This document shows, piece after piece, positions 37,353-49,809 of a DNA stretch of 64,000 bases (position 1 is the stretch's first letter; each line of letters begins with the position of its first letter). Both the position numbers and the translations under genes were made by a program. The notes beneath the pieces were generated by a model. It ran no database searches. It was not told the origin of the DNA and worked only from the letters and a program-made list of their open reading frames with translations. This stretch comes from Macrostomum lignano (lineage: Eukaryota), in assembly GCA_002269645.1 (NCBI GenBank), contig NIVC01000744.1:186001-250000 (forward strand), given 5' to 3'.

Positions 37353-37820
37353 AAGCCAATTAAACACTTATACTATTTCAAGTGTCTTTAATGCATTGTA
37401 AAGTGTAGAACTTCAAGTTTAATCATTTATGAGACAAGTACAATCAATAATTTTAAAGTGAGGGAGTGGTTGAACTCAAGTCACTGCCTCAAATCACGCA
37501 ATATGCCCCTAATTGTATGAAGAGCTTATATTGGAAAAGTGTCAGAGGGGTGGGGTGAACAGGAGTACATTCGTGCAATGTTCACCTCTCCAGATCCTAG
37601 TAGTGGTTCTAAATGAGTGCTCTTGCATAGTGCTTTAGCCCTAATCAATAAATTTTACTTTCAGTTTATTGATTGGCTTTAAAATGAGTTGATACGGTGA
37701 GTTAGAGAAGCATTGGGTTAAATATTGTTAGTGTGACAAAGGTCAAGAAAATCAGCTCATACTCCTGAATTCTAGCTAAACTCTACGACCTATCTTCTAG
37801 AAAAGATAGTTGATTAAGCA

Positions 37821-39815
37821 ATGCCCAACAGCTTGAAGTCCCATGACCAGTGCCAGCAGAGTGTATGTCTACTTTGTCTGCGAAAGGCTGAGCGCCGCCT
37901 GAATGACATCACAACTGTTGAGTAGTACGTCCTTCCGAATTATTCGTCTGTGCGGCATCTTCTGCCTGTTGGAGTCTGCGAGGGCTGCCGTCGAATTATT
38001 TCTTCGCTTGGAGGCCCAGCACCTCGGCCTTTGCCGCCCAGACTCAACTATGAGCAAATGCTAGCAGATCTGAGCAGCAATCCTGTGAGTCGAAGATCGC
38101 AACCAAACTGCCCATGCGAGATCTGCAAGATTGCCCGCAGCAACCTGCGCAAAAATGCAGATCCACACAGCACCTATGCAACTGGTACACTTAACTGCAC
38201 CAGAGGCCGTCCTTCAACTAGTGCAGATGCAGCCCAGGCTCCTTTGCGGCTCTGCTCTGGCTGCCACTCGCCCATCGGCAAGGGCAAGTCGCATCGCTGC
38301 AACAAAGCAACCCGGCTAGCAAATCTGAGCAGCTTGATCAGCCCTGGAACAGCAGAGCAAGTCGCTAGCACCACAGTTGCTGCCAAGCTGCAGGCCACCG
38401 GGGCAAGCACCGTTGCACTGAAAAGAGCGCAAGGAGGCAGACCTCTAGCTGTCACTGTGGCCAACACAGCCTGCAGCACACGACAGCTGGCTCCAACAAC
38501 AGCTAACACGATGCTTTGGCTGAAAGTTGCATTAAATCTCAGCAACCGGCAAACTCTGCAAGCGGCCAGCATTTTGCGAAAAGGAGCCGGCTCAGGGAAG
38601 GCTGTGCAGTCGAACTTGGGTGCAAGCCTCACTGCCAGAAGCCGGCATCTGAAAGACTTTTTTGTGAGCAAGCTGCTTGAAGTCGACAGCAAAGTGGCTA
38701 CCGCAAAAAACGCCGTGATCTGCAGTGATGTGCAAGGCCTGATTGAGAAGGTCGCTTCTGAGAGGGGCTACACGGATGTCGACGTAAAGCTTGGTCTTGA
38801 CGGAGGCGGTGGATTTTTTAAAATTTGTGCCAGCCTGCTGCATCGAAGTGATAGCCAAGAAAGTCAGTCGACAAAGGACCAGCTGTTTGCCGATTCTGGA
38901 GTAAAAAAGCTGTTGCTGCTAGCAGCTGTGCCAGACATGAGCGAGTGCTACAATAGCATCAAAGTTCTCTTTCAGCATTTGAGCCTTGGAGGAGTAACGG
39001 TGAATGCAGTAGCAGCTGACATGAAGGTTGCGAACCTCATCTGTGGCCTCCAGTCACATGCATCCAGGCATCCATGCTGCTATTGCGAGGCTCCTGTGCC
39101 ACTGAACACCTGTGGCCCGATGAGAACTGTTGGAAGAATACGACAGATGGCCTTGGACTTCGCCAGCAGCGGCAAAGAGAGAAGCAGTGCAAAGGATTTC
39201 TACAACTGCGTTGAGGCCCCTCTGCTTCAGGCAGACGATGAAGCCGAGATTCTGTTCGTTCTGCCTCCACCGGAGCTGCATCTGATGCTTGGCATCACGA
39301 ATCGCATCTTCGACGCATTGAACTCGGCGTGGGGCAACAACTGCGCGTATCAGTGGGCCCATGACCACAGCATTGTGCGCGTTGGATACCGTGGCGGCAG
39401 CATGGAGGGAAACGCCTGCCACACTCTGCTTCGCAAATCTGCAGAGCTTCATGAGTATCTGCCGCAGAACCTGAAGCCCTACGGTTCTTGTTTGATGCGT
39501 TTAGATTCCGTCGTCAGTAGCTGCTTCGGTTCCCAGCTGCATGCAGATTTCCAGCAGCACATTTTGCAATTCAAGACTGCATTTGAGCTGCTTGGTCTGC
39601 CAATTTTCCCGAAAGTGCACGTGCTGCTGCACCACGTAGGAACCTTCTGTAGCGCCACTGGTAGCGCACTCGGCCTGTTTAGCGAACAATCCTTTGAGAG
39701 CGTGCACCGCGATTTTGCTCAAACTTGGCAGAGATTTGCTCTGCCCACGCAGCACAGCAAATTCCCAGACGCGTTGCTCTCAGCTGTCATTGCATACAAC
39801 AGCTTTCACATTTGA
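37821..39815 (+). pseudogene. Chapaev-type transposase, 664 codons with one in-frame TAG at codon 35 (37923-37925)
   Basis: N-terminal H-x7-C-x2-C...C-x2-C...CPCEIC zinc finger (Chapa-like); core KLGLDG, AADMK, CCYC, LHLMLG, PKVHVLLHH, FSEQSFESVH with a predicted DDE triad. Confidence 0.85.
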
Positions 39816-40070
39816 CAATTTACTTGTAGCTTAGTTTCAAATTCCTTTTGTCTTTACTGTACGAACTTAACTTGTTCTTTGTTGAATTTCATTTAGTATT
39901 GCTTATTCTTCTACTATTTCTTCAAAATTTTTGGCCTAAATTTCAGCTTTATTTTGTTTAAATTCGCATTAATTTTTTCTTACATTTTTTCTGCTTAATG
40001 TTAATTTAATATATATTGCTCTTAGTTGGCTCTGCTTAATAGAAAAGGCCGTTAGAATAAAAAATTACTA

Positions 40071-40203
40071 TATCATGATAAGACAAGCACTTACGATTCT
40101 TTTAAAATATGTTTTAGACAGCTGAGGCACCCTAGTTTGCAACATTAGTAACCGTTTTCTTGGGCCATTTTTTAAGTCATTTTGCTACGTGGGAAGCACC
40201 GTG
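40071..40203 (-). repeat. Right TIR of the Chapaev-type element
   Basis: See left TIR. Confidence 0.93.
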
Positions 40204-43200
40204 TCCTGCTTTCCTTGCTATTAAGTCTTGTTGTCTCACTCTTGCTGATCTTTCTAAGCACTTTTTCTCTAGGTATTTATTTCCTTCTATTTTGATAAGT
40301 AAGATAGTCAGTGACTAGATCAAGCAATGCTTTGGTTGCTATCGCCAGTTTCACAGAGGCAACTATTTTGTTTTTGTCCAATAGATCCTTCAAGCTTTGT
40401 GTTTGTGTTTGTAGCCTACTTCAGTTTCATGGCATTGGACTAAAAGATTAAAAAAATTTTTGACTTGCAAGTTTATCTAAGTTTTTTAATCCACTCTTAT
40501 CTGTGACTATGAAATTTACTAGGTTTCTAGTATCTTGACACTGCTCTTACATCTAATGACCAAAACACTTGTTCCTATCTTGGTGGCTATGTTTCTAAAG
40601 CTCTTTGTAGCCAGCTAAAGTGTATTGACTGCAAGAATCTTCTACTTACTAATGATTACTTGGAGTTTATTGCCAAAGAGGACTGTGCCGATGACTTTGC
40701 TCTGATTCAAATGTGTGACCAAGGTAGTCTGAAGTACCAAAGCAAATTTGTATTTTTTTCTTTTAAAGGCATCCTACTTCATGTCTAGACATATGCGAGA
40801 TAATGGTCTATTAACTGCTAATCTTCTCACCTCTGGAAATTTAGTTCAAAATATTTTTGAGCTCCTTCAGGACAATATGAGTGAATCCATTGATTTTATG
40901 ACCCTTTCAAGCTGGACTTGCAGTTGTGGAAAGCCAGCAGCTACTCTTTCTTTGTGGATCTTGATTCTTGCAATCCAGATTTATCTAAAGAATTTTGTCA
41001 ATGAGACAAACAATGAGAAGGCAAAGAATAAAAAGGCAATGAATCATAAGGCATCCAAACTTTCTAGCAAGAGTTCAAGCTAGCTGTTTAATATACATTT
41101 TAATGAAAGAAGCTTAGATTTTAAGTGGAGATTTTTTCTTTTTGTGTATAATATTTCATGACAATTTTTACTTTTTTCAGTTTTTTTAATTTGTTTTATA
41201 ATTTTCGATTGCAGTCTTTCATTTTCAAATAAACATATATCAATTTATATACATTTTATTATACTGAGTGCACTGAAATTGTGCCTATAAAAGTTGGATC
41301 TTTTTTTTCTTCCCTAGACTACCTGAGAGCCCACTTATTTTAGTGTCACTTCCTGGTGAGCAAAGCAAACAGAGGCTTCCCTGGAATGACTAGGCAAAAG
41401 AAGCATTGCTAGTTGCCATGCCAAGGGCATAGCTCTTGCAACTAAGCAACAATTAAGATGAATATTACCAACACTACATTTTGGATCATATAGGTATATA
41501 TCCAAAAATTTGGGCATGCTAACAAGGTAGTAAATTTAACAAATAGGTCAATATTCAATAAGCCTAAAACTGCATTTTTAAAAACCAGAAAAATAAAGTT
41601 GTGATTTCAACAAAGTAGTTTTAATTGCCACTGGGTAATAGAAAATTCTATCATCATGATAGGCACTTCAGTGAGAAAATTAAATTTCAGAAATTGTTAT
41701 AGGCTGCTATTTCACTAGATAGATCTTACTTTCCCATTTCCAAAATGGCCAAACTTTAGTGATTTGGTTGAGTAATAAGGAAACTACAGCTATTTTAGTA
41801 ACCCCGATTTGTGCCTTTAGCCAATGGAATTTTTACATTACGGTTTGTGATCATTTTTGGCCAAAAAGTTGGCTTTTTGTCTTTGAACACTTGTAATTAA
41901 TTTTCTAGCCAACCAAAATGACTGTGCTTGGTGTCATTTTGTTCAGTTTTTTAGTGTTAATTGTATGAATTATATATTTTAATATTATTTTATATGCCCA
42001 AGTTGCTAAGCTAATTGAAACAGGATGGGTGTATGAAATTTTGACTATTTTAACCAGATACGCAATGATTGCAATTTTAAAAATACAATAGCATCTGTTC
42101 TGCTTGCTTAATTTATACAAGGCTAGTGTCATTTTGTTCAGGTTTTTACCTACTATAATACTATTCTACTTCTTGCCCTAAATTTTTAATGCATGACAGA
42201 CACCCCAACTGCAATGTAATGTGCTGTACAGGCTTTGCGCATGGGTTTATTAAAAAACGGTTTTGCCTATCGTGTTCAGCATAGCAGAATTAGTTAAATG
42301 ACACAGAGAACTAGTTTGCCGGAAGGCAGAGTCTCACAAAAAACACGAAATACACGTTTCAATGGGTATTTTACATGTAAATGTATCAAAAAAAGAAACC
42401 TCCACAAAATTTTTGCGCCTATAGCTATTGGCAAGCGGTTTTTTTTACTGTGCTTGTATTGTCAATAGGTAATGAAAAATATAAAGAGAAACAATGCAGG
42501 AAAAGGATTTCATGGAAAATTTTGGATTTGAAATTTTGCATAGAGCCATATGGGCATTAAAAGAAAAAAAATTTTTTTTTTAACACTAGAAAAATGTTTC
42601 TAAATTATCCCTTTACACTATAAAACCTTTGTTTCCATTATAAGAAACACATTGCAGCTAAGAAAAAGCATTTTCTGAACCACTGTTTTTTTATTCATTT
42701 TGGCTTCAATTTTATATTCCTCCTAAAAAATGGTCAACTTTAAAAATAGACAGTGCAAAAAGTATAACAAAGCTAGACTTGCAGTTGGTGTCATTTGAAA
42801 GAGCTCCTTTTTACCTTTTAAATGCATATTTTACTTTCATCCTGGCTTCTATAGTTTCTTTAAAATCGCCCTTGAAAAATTGGACTTTTTTCTTACTTTT
42901 TTGCCATTGGCACGCACTTCTTATAACTCACTGAAGTCCCTAATCATGAGTTTAGAAGTTTTTTATAAGAAAATTATTAAAATATATAGCATTGTGTCAT
43001 TGAGATTAAAAAGTTCCTGAAAAATAAATTTGCTAAAACATGATTTGCCAAAACATTACTTTACCAAAATATTGGATAGCCCTTAAAAGCATTAGTCTCT
43101 CTGATGCAACCCTCCTAGATTCTAATCCTCAGAAACCTAAATTAAAAAATTGTATTTAACTTTTCTAAAAAGTTAAAGTAAAATAAAAATAATTAAAATA

Positions 43201-45833
43201 CAATAGATTTTTATTATACATGCACAACTGCTGGCCAACCAAACCAATCTAGCCATTATAAATTATGGTTGGTTGACCAAGCAAGGGTAAGTTGCAAAAA
43301 TGTTCCAAAAGAATACAGAAACATATATAATACTAATTAGATAATAAGACATTTAGCCTTTATAAGACAGTCATAATTACTTTGGGGGATTTTAGAGAGT
43401 AAAGACAGACCCAAGGCCCAAAGCTGCCCAAGGGGTTGCAGAGGGGGTGGCTCTGTAAATCAGTAAATGCACTTGGTTCCCCTTTGATTTTCTTGCGTCT
43501 ACACTTAAGGAGCATGCCTGGTCTGCTGCCAATATATAGTTATTAGTTACACCTTGCTAAAAAATTGTTTGATCTACACTTTTGCTTTGAGCCTAACCGG
43601 AATCGCAGAAAACGTTAGTGTAACGATTTCTAGTTTATTTAGTTTAGTTTATTCTAGTTTATTTTCTAGTTTATTTACAATACATGGTGCATTTTAACTA
43701 GATTTGAATTACAGAATTTCCAAACCGTTACAGTTAGTCACATTATTATGTTGTATATTCTTTCAAACTCAAGTCAACTCACTGCTTGATAGAGGCACAG
43801 CATTGAGCAAGCCGAGCTCCATCCGACACGACGTGCTGTAACCATGATGCCGCGAAATTATGAATATATTTGAAATTTTACATTATAAAGCAAAAAAATT
43901 ACTTAATAAAATCATCAGAAGTTTTTATTTTAGTTTTAATGACAACCATTTGTAAGTTTACTGATCTGTAGTAGCTTTCAAATATTATCTTTGTTAAAGT
44001 CTGTGTATATTTACAATGGCTAAATTTAACTCGCAAAATAAGGTGTATTTTGTTGGAAACAATTGGCCCTCCAAAGCGGCGTGTTAGTTATTTTTAGCTG
44101 GTGAAAAAGCCTTTTTTAGTTATGTCATTCAATCATTCAATTTTCATGAACGCTACATTTTTGTCATGCTGGCAGTGGCTGTACTAAGTATTATCCAAAT
44201 ATAACTAGTCTAAATCTCTTAAGTTTTCTATGCTTGGATAAAACAATCTATAGTGTCTTATGTTTTTGATATAGCAGAATAGCTTTGAGTAATGTCATTG
44301 TCTTCTTTCTATCAAAGCTAGATTTAAAATTTGAATATTATTTTTACTATAGTATTTTAATGGTTTTACTTTTGTTATTGTATTATTCAAATAAAATATA
44401 TAGAATAAACCCTTTATAGATCTATTTTACTTAAGATGGTAACACCAAAAATCTTATAGACACTAATTTTAGTTTGGTTTTTTAAGTCATAAATGCTAAT
44501 AGTTTCTTTTTATGTCTAACAAATTAAATGTTATTTAATCATTACTTAGGGGTAGTTTTAGGGAAGGAGTATATATATCATTATCATAGTTCTGTGTATC
44601 CCAGATAGAAGATTTGGTTTAATTGCAATGTATTTTAATAATAGTTTTATATTTATGTGCACCTCCTTATAGATTTTTCTGTATCTATTCCTATCCTCAA
44701 ATATTAGGAACAATTTATAGGTTTATATAATTTATTCTTTGAAGTTTATGGATTTTTATGAACCTATAATTAAAAGATTTAGCTACTTTCTAAATAATTT
44801 TTCTCTATATAATTTTTAAGCCTAATTGCTTAAAAACAAATAGCATCTAACTAGCTCAATGCAACCCAAATTTATATAGATTAAATTCATCATGCCTTTA
44901 TTGATTCATATCAGAAAGAGTTCACCCAAAAAGTTCTGCATTTGTATTTGCTAGTAAAACTATTGTTCTTTTTTGAATTCCTAAATCCAATTTCACTTTC
45001 CAACCAGACTCGCTGTTTTCTCAATCTTAATCTCATCAGGCCTAAATAATCCCTAGTAAATCCCGCGCCCCTATCCAGCATTCATCCAGCCTATTAATCA
45101 GTTGCCTGATTACCGCCCTTCGAGTCCCTGCCTCTCCCTGTTAGTGATGAGGCGAACTTTCGAGTCTTCCGAGAGAAGCTGGGAGGGACTCCAGCAGCCA
45201 CCGCTGAACTTCTTGGCGGCGCCTCACCGCGCCAGGGCGGGCCAGAGGAGAGCGAAGGGGAAGAGGGAGGGCCCGCCATTTTGAGTTCTGGCGAATGGCT
45301 GCCCCAGCGCCTTCCTGCTGCCCATTTCCCTGCGGCTTCACCCCTCTTCCCCCTGTCCCATTCCCTGAGCCGCCCGCGCCCATTCGGATTCTGTTTCCAC
45401 CTCGCGATCCTCTTCCTCCGCGCGCTCCCCCCTGCTTCTCTCCCCTGCCCCGATCTTGACTGCTCCGGCCTTCTCCCGCCCTTCTAAGCAGCCGAGCCCA
45501 GCGATTTCCCTGGCCCGCAGCAGCCCCGTCTCTCCCGCGCTCATCTGCCCGCTGCCTGCCGGCCCGAGTGGAAAACTGGGCAGGGCCGCCCCGCAGCAGC
45601 CTCGCGGTTGAAGCTCGCGCAATTTTTGTTTTATTGATGCCCGCCGGCCCGCCCGCCGCTGCGCCCGCCCCGTTTGCATAAATAGAGAAAGAGGCGCGGC
45701 CAGGACTGACCGGCGCAGCCGGCCCGCACCGGCCTTCATCAGCGACGTCCCCCACAGCCAGCCAGCCAGTCGAATCAACTGTCTCGGGTTCGAACTCGGG
45801 ACCAGCAGCAAGCAAGTCGGTCAGCGCGCCGTG

Positions 45834-46217
45834 ATGGACTCGCGGAGCCGCTCCTTCCCGGTGCTGCCGCTGGCCTCCGGCGGCTCGGCGGACGACACAC
45901 CGCAGACCCGCCGGCGCCACGGCGGTGCCTCCGGCTCCAAATCCAAGGACGACGGCGGCCTCAGCTCGCCCTCATCGGGCGGCCCCGCCTCTTCATCGTT
46001 TGGCGCAGCCAGCAGCCTCGAAGGCGTCGACAAGGAGCTCGTCCGCTGCCTCAGCGAGCTGGAGAGCGGCGCGCCCGAGGAGAAGCTCGAGTTCGTCTTT
46101 CGCCTGTTCGACACCGACGGTAACGGCTACTTGGATACTAGCGAGGTCGACGCCATCATCAGCCAGATGATGAAGGTCACTGAGTACCTCGGCTGGGACA
46201 CCACAGAGCTGCTGCCG
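45834..46217 (+). CDS. DGK: Type I diacylglycerol kinase (DGK alpha/beta/gamma-like), exon 1: first EF-hand
   Basis: [35 protein letters not shown]; CCG|gtgagt donor. Confidence 0.9.
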
Positions 46218-46254
46218 GTGAGTGCGCGGTTTCTGAGTTTGATTTGGGATCCTG

Positions 46255-48180
46255 CTGACTTCCTCCCAGATCCTCAGTTGCTATGCCAGCCTCCCAGATC
46301 ATCAGTTGCTGTTCCAGCCTCCCAGATCCTCAGTTGCTGTTCCAGCCTCCCAGATCCTCAGTTGCTGTTCCAGCCTCCCAGATCCTCAGTTGCTGGGCCA
46401 GCCTCCCAGATCCACAGTTGCTGTTCCAGCCTCCCAGATCCTCAGTTGCTGTTCCAGCCTCCCAGATCCACAGTTGCTGTTCCAGCCTCCCAGATCCTCA
46501 GTTGCTGTTCCAGCCTCCCAGATCCTCAGTTGCTGTTCCAGCCTCCCAGATCCTCAGTTGCTGGGCCAGCCTCCCAGATCCACAGTTGCTGTTCCAGCCT
46601 CCCAGATCCTCAGTTGCTGTTCCAGCCTCCCAGATCCTCAGTTGCTGTTCCAGCCTCCCAGATCCTCAGTTGCTGGGCCAGCCTCCCAGATCCACAGTTG
46701 CTGTTCCAGCCTCCCAGATCCACAGTTGCTGTTCCAGCCTCCCAGATCCTCAGTTGCTGTTCCAGCCTCCCAGATCCACAGTTGCTGTTCCAGCCTCCCA
46801 GATCCTCAGTTGCTGGGCCAGCCTCCCAGATCCACAGTTGCTGTTCCAGCCTCCCAGATCCACAGTTGCTGTTCCAGCCTCCCAGATCCTCAGTTGCTGG
46901 GCCAGCCTCCCAGATCCACAGTTGCTGTTCCAGCCTCCCAGATCCTCAGTTGCTGTTCCAGCCTCCCAGATCCTCAGTTGCTGTTCCAGCCTCCCAGATC
47001 CTCAGTTGCTGTTCCAGCCTCCCAGATCCACAGTTGCTGTTCCAGCCTCCCAGATCCTCAGTTGCTGTTCCAGCCTCCCAGATCCTCAGTTGCTGGGCCA
47101 GCCTCCCAGATCCTCAGTTGCTGGGCCAGCCTCCCAGATCCTCAGTTGCTGTTCCAGCCTCCCAGATCCTCAGTTGCTGGGCCAGCCTCCCAGATCCTCA
47201 GTTGCTGTTCCAGCCTCCCAGATCCTCAGTTGCTGTTCCAGCCTCCCAGATCCTCAGTTGCTGTTCCAGCCTCCCAGATCCTCAGTTGCTGTTCCAGCCT
47301 CCCAGATCCTCAGTTGCTGTTCCAGCCTCCCAGATCCACAGTTGCTATGCCAGCCTCCCAGATCCTCAGTTGCTATGCCAGCCTCCCAGATCCTCAGGGT
47401 CTGGGCCAGCCTCCCAGATCCACAGTTGCTGGGCCAGCCTCCCAGATCCTCAGTTGCTGTTCCAGCCTCCCTGATCCTCAGTTGCTGGGCCAGCCTCCCA
47501 GATTCTCAGTTGCTGGGCCAGCCTCCCTGATCCTCAGTTGCTGGGCCAGCCTCCCAGATTCTCAGTTCAACTGGGCCAGCCTCCCTGATCTTGAATTGCT
47601 GAGCTGCCCTCCCAAATCCTCAGTTGCTGGGCCGCCCTCCCAGATCCTCAGTTGCTGGGCCAGCCTCCCAGATTCTCAGTTGCTGGGCCAGCCTCCCTGA
47701 TCCTCAGTTGCTGGGCCAGCCTCCCAGATTATCAGTTCAACTGGGCCAGCCTCCCTGATCTTGAATTGCTGAGCTGCCCTCCCAAATCCTCAGTTGCTGG
47801 GCCGCCCTCCCAGATCCTCAGTTGCTGGGCCAGCCTCCCAGATTCTCAGTTGCTGGGCCAGCCTCCCTGATCCTCAGTTGCTGGGCCAGCCTCCCTGATC
47901 CTCAGTTGCTGGGCCAGCCTCCCAGATTCTCAGTTGCTGGGCCAGCCTCCCTGATCCTCAGTTGCTGGGCCAGCCTCCCAGATTATCAGTTCAACTGGGC
48001 CAGCCTCCCTGATCTTGAATTGCTGAGCTGCCCTCCCAAATCCTCAGTTGCTGGGCCGCCCTCCCAGATCCTCAGTTGCTGGGCCAGCCTCCCAGATCCT
48101 CAGTTGCTGGGCCAGTTTCCCAGATCCACAGCTGATGGGCCAGCCTCCCAAAGTGTCAGTTGCTGGGCCGCCCTCCCAGA
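46255..48180. repeat. Intronic minisatellite, 28-bp unit (cctcccagatcctcagttgctgttccag), with higher-order blocks at the 3' end
   Basis: About 1.9-kb array in DGK intron 1. Confidence 0.96.
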
Positions 48181-48829
48181 TCTTTGCTGGCACATCGCAG
48201 TGCTCAGCTGTGCAAAAGAGGCATTTGCAATGCAATTCAGATATTCAGATACAGCTGTGCGTACAAATCTTTCAGCTGCACCTCAGCATCAGATAGTCGG
48301 CAAGTTCTCTGTGTTTCGTTGACCGTGGATATGCTTTTAAACAGTCACTGATGAGCTCAATTTTATCCAACTTGAATTTAAAAAATAATTTTTAAAGGCT
48401 ATCATTCTAATTCTGCTCATCCTCTCCCTGATCTGTCTCTGCCAGTGGCTGAGCAGTGTAAGCGCTATCAGCACGGCATGAGTCACCGTCAATCTCAATC
48501 GCTGATTGATGTTAGCAACATCATTGGCAGTTTTATATACAGCCTGTAATTTGCTTGCGGCAGTGTCTGCTAATGCTAAATGCCCGCGTCCTTCATCACT
48601 GCTTGCCGCTGTCAGGCCGGTGCATTTCGTCCTTGAACTTTTACGACTCTTGATAAAACCCGTCATTATCTTAACTTCATTCTTAGAAACCCGTCATTAC
48701 CCTTACCGCATTCTCAGGACCCCGCCAGTACCTGTCTTGCATTTTCCTCTCGAAACCCGTATTCTAGAAACTCGGCATTTTTAATAAAAAGCGTGTTCCT
48801 TAAATTCTAACCCTAAATCTAGTTCTTTT

Positions 48830-49160
48830 GAGAAACCAGTTCTATTTTTTTCTAGAAACCGTCTTATTCTTAGAAGATAATTTTTTCGAAGAAATCTGTT
48901 TTTATTTTAAGAAACCATTCCTGTTTCAAACAAATCCGTCTTCTTTCGTCTTCTTTCTAAGAAAACTGCCTTCTTTCTAAGAAACTCGTCTTCTTTCTAA
49001 GAAACCGTCTTCTTTCTTAGAACACCGTCCTGTTTCTAATAAAACGGTCTTCTTTCTAAGAAAACTGTCTTCTTTCGAAGATACCCGTCTTTTTTCCGAG
49101 AAACTTGTCGTCTTTCTAAGAAACCGTCTTCTTAGAAATCTGTCCTGTTTCTAATAAAAC
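48830..49160. repeat. Degenerate repeat of about 19-20 bp (ttctaagaaaccgtcttct)
   Basis: Recurring ctaagaaac/cgtcttc motifs. Confidence 0.75.
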
Positions 49161-49354
49161 CGTCTTCTTACCCTTGAGTTTTACCAGAAAACAGTCTTAT
49201 CATTCTGTTTCACAAAAGCGGCACGGGCAGCCGCCAGCATGTCGGCTTCAATTTCTGCTTTTGCACGAATTTCTCGCATCGAATGCAAATTCGGTTTATT
49301 GAGTCAGCCAACTATGACGAGCTTCTAACATCCCACCCGTGTGCACCCGGCCAG

Positions 49355-49775
49355 ATTCTGAAGTCCATGATGACGGATCTGGACTTCGACGCTGACGGCA
49401 CGGTCAGCCTGGACGAGTGGAAGCGAGGCGGCCTGACGACCATCCCGCTGCTGGTGCTGCTCGGCCTCGACACCACCGTGAAGGACGACGGCAGCCACGT
49501 GTGGCGGCTGAAGCACTTCGCCAAGGGCCGGCACTGCAACATCTGCATGAAGCAGCTGGTCGGCCTGGGCAAGCAGGGCCTGGGCTGCGTGTTTTGCAAG
49601 TACACCGTGCACGCCAAGTGCGTGAGCCGCGCCCCCGCCTCGTGCATCTTCACCTACACCAAGTCCAAGCGGCCGGCGCCAGGGGCGCAGCAGAGCATGC
49701 AGCACCACTGGACTGAGGGCAACTGCGTGGAAAAGTGCGCCAAGTGCCGCAAGTCCATCAAGTCCGGCATCACAG
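49355..49775 (+). CDS. DGK: DGK exon 2: second EF-hand, C1A and first half of C1B
   Basis: DFDADGTVSLDEW, HVWRLKHF..C..C..C..C..H..C, HHWTEGNC; ccag| acceptor, G|gtgaga donor. Confidence 0.93.
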
Positions 49776-49809
49776 GTGAGAGATTGATTAGCAACCCGGT
49801 CTGCTCAAC

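Larger units (their letters stand above)
37221..40203 (+). mobile_element. Chapaev-type (CMC group) DNA transposon, full-length, 2983 bp
   Basis: CACGGTG...CACCGTG termini, about 132-bp TIRs, TCCT TSD at 37217-37220 and 40204-40207, internal transposase ORF. Confidence 0.88.
35100..41500 (+). mobile_element. Decayed P-element-like (THAP + THAP9-type transposase) DNA transposon, interrupted by the Chapaev element
   Basis: THAP-like start MGYKCYVPAC at 35463; fragments VVIDETYL, GPVHNFKNI, IFSEST, FGCYRQFHRGNY, CIDC, WTCSCG broken by many stops and frameshifts; imperfect inverted repeats 35170..35223 and 41343..41394. Ends approximate. Confidence 0.78.

Noticed and set aside
43225-43285. Imperfect inverted repeat ggccaaccaaacca...tggttggttgacc
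   Set aside because: Short and low-complexity; could not be tied to an element end or a TSD
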